64,000 bases of DNA, from positions 114,204,001 through 114,268,000 of the forward strand of contig NC_042998.1 of the NCBI RefSeq assembly GCF_006345805.1, written 5' to 3'. The stretch is from Octopus sinensis (lineage: Eukaryota). Shown here piece after piece: positions 54,123-64,000 of the stretch. The position numbers were made by a program, and so were the translations under genes. Below the pieces are notes generated by a model that was not told the DNA's origin, did no database searches, and was given only the letters and a program-made list of their open reading frames with translations. Each line of letters opens with the position of its first letter. The first letter of the stretch is position 1.

Positions 54123-54290
54123 CTGCAGCAGTATTAGAAGTAGAAGAAGTAGTAGTAGTGACAGTAGTTATATCTGCTGAAGCAACAGAAATTGCAGATG
54201 CAGCAACAGCAACAGCAATAGCAGTACTAGTAGTTCTTGCAGCACCAGCAGTTTCAGTAATAGTAGTAGTAGTAGTAGTACACTCGACAC
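53985..54290. repeat. (AGT/AGC)n trinucleotide tract
   Basis: Direct reading; explains the poly-S/poly-V ORFs. A similar tract lies at 51760-51930. Confidence 0.95.
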
Positions 54291-57200
54291 AATGAGAAGA
54301 AATAGACGTATATTTGGTCTGTGAGAGAATGACTATAGTACATTCACGAATCAGTCTTTTTTAATCAAATGGGCGGCTCTTAAAAAGCAAAACAATAAAA
54401 AAAATTCATACTTTACAATCTCATGAATCAGTTAATTTAAATAGCATATATTAGAGAATATTGGATAATAATATTCCCTAAATAAAGGAATTTATTTTTC
54501 AGTACATAAACTAAATAAGAATATTTTAGTTGAAACAAAGATGTTGGTACAACACTGACTACGTTGACATACTGTTAAAGATGACAGCAAACTCTGAAGC
54601 GCTCATCACAGATATTTTGGACAAGCTAGCGGGTAAGAAAAATAGATTAAGGAAACAAATATATTTTTCGGCTGAAGTATATACACAGAAGCAAAATTAG
54701 GTTCGTGAGAAATTAGAGGGGGTTCGCTTGACTGAAAAAATAAATGTGAAAAATAGAAGCTAGTCATCAGAAAAAAAAAAAGAACTAAAAAACAATAACC
54801 CAAAATGTTCGAAGCTGTCTTCGGTATTGTCATCAAGCAGAATAAGATAAAAATACCATAAAACATAACACATACACTTAAGGAATTCGTTGCTAGAAGC
54901 GTATTTCTTTCGTAGCAAGAATCCTGGTTGGATAGAGAAAATGCTGATTATCCAATCAAATTCTTTGATGTCATTTGACGGCCACAAAACATAGATGACA
55001 TGTAACTTAGGGCAAGAAGATAGCAAGATTGGTGATAATCTCTATATTTGTTCAGCTAATGACGGTGATAAGATAGCTGGTGCATTTGTTATGATATTTA
55101 TTTTACATTTTAAAGTAGATCTAACAACAGGGACAAGAACATTGCCTTAGGTACAAGCGAACGCTGATTCGAAGAGCACGTATTTTTTCTCTTATGATGG
55201 CTCTAGATATTCCTGTTAAATATAAGTGAAACCAAAGAAAATTAGATGTAATCTGTTGGTTGTCGTCATACTAGCAGCTATGGATTTCGGAGACAATCAT
55301 GAAAATAATACATAAATAAATGGTTATGCTAATTTTAGCTTGTTATAAAGCTGGCTTCCAGTTGATTAGTGTATAGCAGGTTTTTAATAACTCTTTGATT
55401 CAAAGTAGGTAACTGATGAAAAAAAGTTGCAACAACAATACGGATGATAATTAATATTTCGTAGACTGAAAGCATATCACGGTATCTGTATAATAACTTG
55501 TGTGACTATCGCTTCACACAAGCTATTTCTTCTGTAAAGAAAAACAAATAAAATTACATAAAAATAATTGAAAAAATATCATGAAACAACTAATTACATG
55601 TCGGCAATTTATTCTCTCTCGTGATTATTAATGGTTAAAAAAAAAAAAACTGTACTTTGCTGTGGCCATACTGCTAACTCTAGAAGTTGCTTCAATTTTA
55701 GTAAATATATGCTAATTATGTTCTATTAGGCAAGCGAAGAGAAAAATAAAGCAGTTCTGGAGGATAATTAAATACAATGTCCTCCAAGGAGAGAATTTCA
55801 TTAGTTAGACGAAAGCAGGTATTTCAAATAAAGTTTCTCGTTTAAAAATAAAATCTGCTCTCATGTACAACATTTTATTCGGTAAGTATTTCAATTTTTC
55901 CTTTGGGGTTTTTTCAAACTTGAAGCTATAAAATCAACAAAACAGTTCTTTCAACAACATAGTGAGCGTCTAATAAACATGCCAAATAAAAACAGATAAG
56001 ACTAAAGAAAAATAAAGTTAAAAACAAGGGGAAAAATCATATAAACTTTCGAGTAAAGAATTCCACGAGTAAAGCCTACATAATGCTGCCACCCTACATC
56101 ACCTTATAAAATAGTTTTTAGAAATTATAAATCATTATATTTCTGCCGATATTTAAATAAGATTTGCTAAGAGGTAATTCATATTGAAAGTAAATCAATA
56201 AGTCTTAGTATTTACTAGAATCTACTACTTATTTACTTAGGATCAAAATCAAATTTTGTGAAGAGAGTAGGATGCAGTGATGTGGTGGTGAGTTAGTGCT
56301 GCGGCTTGGTGGTGGGGTACTTGACTTATCTGAATGCTGTACAAATTTATTTGCTGTTACTTACTCAATCGATTTTATGGATTTCATAGAAAATTAAAAA
56401 AGAAACAAATTTGATCTCAGTAACATTTAAAAATTGAGTAGCATAGTGCTGATCTTAAGTACAGCAAATTATCTATTCCGGTCGTCTGTTGTCTCGGTTA
56501 TCCTATCCGTAGTTAATAACTGATTGAAATCGATCTTTGGATTCTGTCGTATATCTCTCTCCACCTCTCCCCTTCGCAATTTTCGATACTACTTTAACCG
56601 TTTTATACAAATTGTTGTGAATGTTTTAACAACTTGCTATGCGCATGAATTAGGCAGTTAGAGAGGGACAAAGTATAAAGATATAACGAACACAGGAAAA
56701 TGGAGTCAGTGGAGATTCATCATAGGCAATTCGGGGAGACGGCTCAGAGGCATAGGGGAGAGTCACATTGGAACAACACTCTAAGAATGCACGGTTTGGC
56801 GATACACAGCATAATATCGAAATTGATATACTGGTAGTGGTGGTTGGGCTATAGAGAGTGGTGGTAGACACATGTAACAAAGAATCATAGTCGGGAGGCA
56901 CTATCGGGAGACCGTATAGAAGCACATTAGAAAGATTTAGTGGGTTGTTGTATCGGAGTTACAGTAGAGGCACACTTAGATGACACATTATGGAGAGAAT
57001 GTGCCAACACAGATTGGAGTTAGAGCATAACACCTCACCTTTCATGCTTCATGGAACATTTATGTCGTCACTCAGCTGACTAGAAATAAACACTGAATTT
57101 CTTTGCAGTACCTCAACTAACTTAGAAAATAATACGTTGGATAATGTGACCATGGGGCCCAAGCACGTAGAATAAAGAGTGAATAGTCACAGCTGGCATG

Positions 57201-58634
57201 CGTTTGCTCTTGGTTTACTTCACCAGAGCTTATATGGCTGATCGATAACAATCTCACTTTACGTTTCTGAGCTGAGATCATGTTGGAATTAACTTTATTT
57301 TCTGTTACCTCGAGATGTGGTATAAGATACTGATATAATAGGCAATGCACATCATCGAGAGTCCTTTTAAAACTTTCAGGGGTGTGGAAACCTTGCATAA
57401 AATTGGTAGAACATATAAATACCAGTATGTTTCTGTAAAGTTTCTTAATGAATAACGTTTCTTAAAGTTTTTTAAGAAGAGAAGTTTGGAATCTGACATT
57501 ATTTGATATTCTATATGTGTCGGGTTAGTTGATGGTGCGTTGAGTGTAACAATCGGCTACAACATGTCTTTGACCCATCTGTTCTCAAATTGAAGCCACA
57601 TCTTCCCTATCTACATATCTGAACAGTTTCATGGACAGAATTACATATACAAAAGTTCAAGTAGTTCAAAACTAGACGAACTGTTATTACATATTTTCAC
57701 CGTCTTCCAAAATATACGTTAAGTGCTTTTTCATTCATTTGTAATCCTTATGTATACATGCATATATTTGTATGTTCATATGTATATACATAAATATCTA
57801 TATATCAATATATAACTATATATACGTATATATATATGAATATAGGTATGTATGTTTTTGTGTATGTGTGTATTCATATACATGTGCGTAGACATATATT
57901 TACATCACCGCGAATTCACGTTCATAGAAGAACAACGTTTGATATAATTATTTGCAGTAAAATCTCTGGTTTGGTTCAGATTTGAGAAATTATCGCCTTG
58001 AGGGAGGTTACCTTTATACACATGCATTTGAAGTGGAGATGTCAGGGGGAGATAGGTGCATATAATATGCTAAAACCAGTAAGATTGTAGTATTGTTCAT
58101 AGTTGCTTATGTTTTAAACTTCATATAAACATCGATATACAAATGTGTATGAAAAACAAGTAAAATCGCTTCAGTCAAAGTTTTAATCAGAGAGGCATCC
58201 ACAAACAGAGAAAGAAACAAAGTGAGAGAGAGGGGAGAGGGCGAGAAAGAGGAAGAGGGAGAACAGAAGAGAGAGAAAGTTTGTGTGTGTGTGTGTGTGT
58301 GTGCGTGCGTATATCTTACGCAACAAACACATATAGAGTCTTATCGAAAGGATATAAAATTTTAGATGGAATTCATCACGTATAAAATTTCCTTGGGATT
58401 TATAAGGTGAGTTCACTGCGTGTAACGGCACTCATTAATGTTATCCTTGCTAATTGGTTATAGATTCTGAACATCTTATATGTAAGCCGTTTGCTTAAAT
58501 TTAAATGTTATATTTCCAGCTGTCTTAGCCCCTCAGTGATATATGTAAACAGGATCTCTTTTTTTTTCTCTCTCTCTCTCTCTCCCTCCCTCCATACAAA
58601 TACACATGCACATGAATATACGCACACACATGCA

Positions 58635-58675
<41 letters not shown>

Positions 58676-58716
58676 AAAGTGAGTTTATTATTTTCAGTTA
58701 CTTTAAGAATAACAAA

Positions 58717-58749
<33 letters not shown>

Positions 58750-58825
58750 ATATACTTACTTGGTAATGGATGCGTGGCGTTCGCTCATATACTATAAATG
58801 ATATATATATATACATATATATATG

Positions 58826-58912
<87 letters not shown>

Positions 58913-58974
58913 TTTATACACACAGACATGTACATGCTTACATACATACTGTATGTATATATACATGTATAAAT

Positions 58975-59277
58975 GGGTACAGGACGTCAAAAAACCGTGA
59001 ACAAAATGAGGAACGAGAACATAAAAAAAAACAAAAGTATGGAAAACGAAATTTTTTCGAACAACGAAAGACCAAATAGAAAAGCAAGACAGGCAACATA
59101 AAGAACATTCCCTTCATCAGTTGTCCCCTGTTTTATCTATTCCAGAGGTGAACTGATGAAGGAAATGTTCTTTATGTTGCTTGTCTCGTTTCTCTATTTT
59201 GTTTCTTTCGTTGTTCGGAAAAAAATCGTTTTCTATGCTTTTTGCTTTTTATGTTCTCGTTTCTCATTTTGTTCACG
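58975..59277. mobile_element. Long inverted-repeat element next to a TA-rich tract
   Basis: Arms 58996-59122 and 59151-59277 (CGTGAACAAAATGAG..CCTTCATCAGTT / AACTGATGAAGG..CTCATTTTGTTCACG) with a 28-nt spacer. Confidence 0.85.
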
Positions 59278-61186
59278 TTTGATGAAAACGGTACGTAAAG
59301 GAAAACCAACTTTATAAGTTACTTCAGTTTTGTTGACATAAAGCAAGACGTTTTGCTTATGTTGTAAATAATTTTCAAGTGGTGGTGAAAACGTCGAACA
59401 AAAATATTTGCAAACACAGTGTTAGTCATCTTCCCTAAATTGATCTTTACAAAACAATAACTTGCCAATTTAAGAGGTAAGAGCAGTAACTATGAAATAT
59501 GTTGGGCCTCTGAGACTGGGGGATTGTAAACAGAAAAACCTCTGCCCATTAGGTTCAATGCATTCGACAATGCTTTGATCATCCCGAAGTCGTAATAGAA
59601 GAAAGATGCCCAAAATATTGAACTGTAGGGACGAATCTACAACCATGGAGTTACAAAGCGTCTTTTCTTTAACTCAGTCACTCCTGCGACCATCAACAAG
59701 AGAAATAAGATATAGCTTGTTGTATATGTCAGAATTATCACCCACGCACTGTATTTGAATAATTAGATGGATCTGTTAATTTAAATATCTTCGTAATTTC
59801 TCATGATTGCTGTGTAGTTATTCAGTAGAGTAATTAAATGTACCAATAATTAACTACGTAATCATAAACATATAATCAATGTACAAATGCAGTTCTTTCT
59901 AAATCAACTTACTATCTTCCCACGAACTAGTGTTATATACAAGATTCATCTTATCTTCCATTGTTGTTATTGACAATAAAGTTTAACGAACGATAATTTG
60001 TTTACTCTATCGCTGGTTGCAGCCACTGAAGTGTAGCAACAGTAGGCTATCGCCATAAAGTAGTTTAAATATAAATTCGTTATGAGAAGTGAAACATGAA
60101 TAGGCGTCAGGAAAAACAAAATGACTGCGATCCTGTGCAGTACCTTAGACTGTTCAGCTATCCTGACTAATTACAATTGAACTCTTTCTGCTATGTTTGT
60201 AATTTACAGTAATCTTCTTATAATAGGATAGCTGAGGAAATGTTGCATTACTGTGAGCCATTTTATGCCAATTACTTTCTGTCTTAAATTCCATAGATAC
60301 CCTCTTTACCTCTCATCTTTAAGGGTTTAATGGAAGAAATATTGATAAAAATTAGTAAACTTGTCTCGAAGTCAGAAATTCTCATTTTGAACTTAAAATC
60401 GGTGAATTGTTATCCTAGAAATATTACAATATTTAGCCCAGTGACTTTACGATCTTAGTTCAAGGTCCACCACCATCGATAAAATATCAAAAACATTTTT
60501 TTAAAATCTATCTAATATCAATTACTAGTTGCTTTTGTTACGAAGAGCTAACATTTTGTGGGAATGCTTCGGAAGCCTATCGTCACTCAATCGTAAAACA
60601 TGGTCACGCTATTCATTTGAACCCTGATCTGAAGAGTTTAAATATTAGATATTACAATTTTGGAACAATTTCACTGATCCTTACTTGGCTCTCCTATTTA
60701 ATCTTACATATTCACTTCAGTAACTTCATGTGATAGCCGTTCAGGTGTTTGATGTTTTTGATAAGGCATCCAAGACTCTGCTTCATATAGTGAAAAGATC
60801 TTAAAACAAGACAATATCCCGCAATCCATATGCAGTAACAGTGCCAATACCCAGTTTTGGGATACTTGACTTGTCTGTGGAGGAAACTCATTCCATACAC
60901 ATTAAGACATGCAAGATCCTGACATCAGCTGAAAACTTCCTAAGAAAGTGTGATATTAACAAGCATTACGTAAGAGAAGATGGAGAGAGTAGAAACTTGT
61001 GACCAGTGCAAACAGCCTTCGAATGCCCTACTGTATCGCTCAGATTCCACTCGTTGAACAACACCAACAAAAAATAAGCGCATAAAGATAGCGCTCAAAA
61101 GCGAAGAGATGAGCATTCAACGCATCGGTAGCAAGGTCTTCAGGATGTACTTCCTTCTTGACGATTTTCTTGACAGTGTGTGTGTG

Positions 61187-61383
61187 CGTGCTTAGCGGTA
61201 TTTCGTCTGCCGCTACGTTCCGGGTTCAAATTCCGCCGAGGTCGACTTTGCCTTTCATCCTTTCGGGGTCGATTAAACAAATAACACTTACGCACTGAAG
61301 GTCGATATAATCGACTTAATCCGTTTGTCTATTCTTGTTTGTCCCTTCTGTGTGTAGCCCCTTGTGGAAAGTAAAGAAATAAG
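61187..61383 (+). mobile_element. SINE family B, 5'-truncated
   Basis: TGCTTAGCGGTATTTCGTCTGCCGCTACGTTCCGGGTTCAAATTCCGCCGAGGTCGACTTTGCC...AAAGAAATAAG. Confidence 0.88.
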
Positions 61384-61385
61384 TG

Positions 61386-61416
<31 letters not shown>

Positions 61417-61417
61417 G

Positions 61418-61450
<33 letters not shown>

Positions 61451-61698
61451 CAAGTGAGTGATAGCGATATAGATAGAGAGATAGATATAGATACAGAGAG
61501 TGAGCAACTGATTGAGAGAGTGGAGTAGAGAGAGAGAGTGAAGAAAGAGCGGAGCCAAGATTTACTTTCTGATGTCGATATTAGTTTTGAGTTAACTTTT
61601 TATACCGTTGCAATAGTTCATATTAAGGAACCACGCACTCATGCACATATTCACTCATATACATACACACACTCATATATATATATATATGTGTGTAT

Positions 61699-61738
<40 letters not shown>

Positions 61739-63599
61739 GCATATATATACCTATGCACACACACACATACAGACACACACACTTGAACGTACATGCACAA
61801 TTATAATTTTGAATTTCTGGATAAGATGTTTGTATATACATATGAACGGTTGTACAAATATATAAAGCATACACCGTGTACATGTCTATATATGAATATC
61901 TGTGTATATCTACATAGATATATACATTTATACATACATACATACACACACATATATATATATACACGCACACACATATCAATACATGCATACATTAAAC
62001 GTATATACATGTTTGTATTTGTATGGTACATGTGTATGTATATACAAGTGAAAACTGGTTTATGTATGATGCGGGTGGATTTGTGTGTGTTTGTGCTGTG
62101 TTTGTGTGTATGTTCGGTCTGTATATATTTGTATATGTATGTGTTTATACACATTATAAAGTGTGCGTACTTTTATAGCTTGTATGTATATCCATGCCAT
62201 GTGCTTGAACCTCTATGTGTTTATATATATATATATATATATATAAGCATGTGTACGAGTATATATGCGTCCGTGTGAGCGAGCGTCTGATTGAGAGTGT
62301 GTTTGTATGTCCGTGCCTGTATAAGTATGTATATATCTGCATATCCGTTTAAATATAATTCTGACTTTATGTGCATGTGCCACGCACGCGCGTTTGTGTG
62401 TGTGTGCGTGTGCGTGTGTGTGTATGTGTTGTGTTGGTGATATATGCTATATGAATCAGGTTTGATCCGCTGTGTTTGACATGGTTGCCTGAGGGGGAGT
62501 CAATTATATATAAGGAAGAAAGAATTAACGAAAGAATAACAGAAAGACAGGGCAGAAAGAAAGCAAAGAGAAGAAGAGGGTGAGGAAGAACAAAAGCAAC
62601 AACAGCAACAACGAAAATAGCAACCACAACAAATACAACAAAATAAAATTAGCAATGACAATCCACCCTGAAGCTCATTTTGACTCTTTCCTTTTTCTTT
62701 TGTAGTTTTATTTAATTTTTCTTCTCAACCAATTCTTCATTTTCCATTCCTTGTAAAAACCTGCATCTTGATTTGATACGCGGCTACAACAACACGAGCT
62801 TAAACAACCAACTCTCTTGTTTAACCGACGACGGTGGCGGCATAAAATGGCGACGGAGATGGATTGCAGTAAGGGAAGTAACATTGTTAGCTGATACGGT
62901 AGCCAAAGCAGCGACGACATTATGCGTCATGGGTGACGGTGATAGCAACTGATGGGCAATGGCGGCAACTCGGGTGAAATTGATGGCGATAACAGCGATA
63001 TAAATTGTAAAGTCCAGTAAACCTCTTGTGAACGATGCAACTAATTTTTATCGCTTCATCTGTACTGAAATCAAACCAAGCTATCAAATTCACAAATACT
63101 TTCTTCATTTCAACTCAGTTTTCTCAAAGCTAGCCATCGTCTTTTTACTTAAAACTAGAAAGTCATTTATGCATAAGAAGGCGTTGGTATGATGGGTTGG
63201 TCCCTTACTAAATTCACCCTCTCATCTATTTGACTCGGAATTATGTCAATTGAGCGGTGGAGTTCCTCTGAGTTGTTTCAGTTTTAGTCGCAGCGCCGAG
63301 GTCGACTTACTTTTATTCATTTATGTGGGTAAAGAATCATGCATTTTTTGCTGACCTTGTAATGTATAGGTCAGCGCTGATTCAGCACTCTCCAATTAAT
63401 AGCACTTATTCAGGCCGTCACCATCCCGTCGTTTTCCTATGTGTTTGGAACCGAAGATCACATTATCCAATGTGAAAGAAATGTTTCTAATAATTTAAGC
63501 ACTCTCGCAGTGGGGTTCTCTCGATGACTTGGAGAAACTTTTCGATGAACACGAAACGGACCGGTTAAGATTTAGTTAAGAGTTGGTTAAGATTTAGTT

Positions 63600-64000
63600 G
63601 CTTTAGATTTTCACTTCATATTTCATTAAGGTCGACGTTACATTACATCCTTTCGAGGTAGATAAAATAAGTTCCAGCTAAGCTCTAGGGCCGATGTAAT
63701 CGATTTACCCACTATCCCGAAACTGCTGGGTTTGTGTCAAAAATTTGAAACCAGTATCATCGCTCTAATTAAAGCAGCGAGCTGGAAGAATTGTTACTGC
63801 ATCGGACAAAATGCTTAGAGATATTACTTCCGGTTCAAATGCAACTAAGACTAACTTTGCCATCATCCTTTACGGAGTTGAAAAAATAAGCACTAAAATC
63901 GAAGTAATGGAATAGCACCTTTCCTCAAAATTTCAGGCCTTGTACCTATTATTTTGATTATGAAGGCGGTAAGCTAGTAGAATAAGTAGGACATCCGGTT
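63600..64000 (+). mobile_element. Decayed SINE family B copies
   Basis: AGGTCGAC..CATCCTTTCGAGGTAGATAAAATAAG and GCGAGCTGGAAGAATTGTTA..AAATGCTTAG motifs. Confidence 0.6.

Overview
Repeat-saturated, AT-rich eukaryotic DNA. The SINE families and very dense (TA)n/(TATC)n/(TATG)n/(CA)n/(GA)n microsatellites resemble coleoid cephalopod (Octopus-like) genomes; this is an inference. No intact host gene or convincing host exon was found, and almost all listed ORFs are microsatellite read-through. Identifiable content: (i) a degraded Penelope-like element (RT + GIY-YIG, ~1.66-6.9 kb) split by a tRNA-headed insert and by a CR1/L2-type LINE; (ii) other LINE remnants (R4/Dong-type RLE element inside a (TAA)n tract, several CR1-type, three RTE-type); (iii) Tc1, maT/DD37D and mariner remnants and MITEs; (iv) at least four SINE families; (v) several long inverted-repeat elements, some embedded in (TA)n. 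The most notable signal is six well-formed minimal type I hammerhead ribozyme motifs, plus one degenerate motif. Three lie in a near-perfect 404-bp tandem array at 38682-39747 (retrozyme-like), one lies inside an inverted-repeat element at ~38.0 kb, and an inverted pair lies in an A-B-A'-B' fold-back element at 44.9-45.6 kb. All folds and alignments were done by eye. Repeat boundaries are approximate unless stated.
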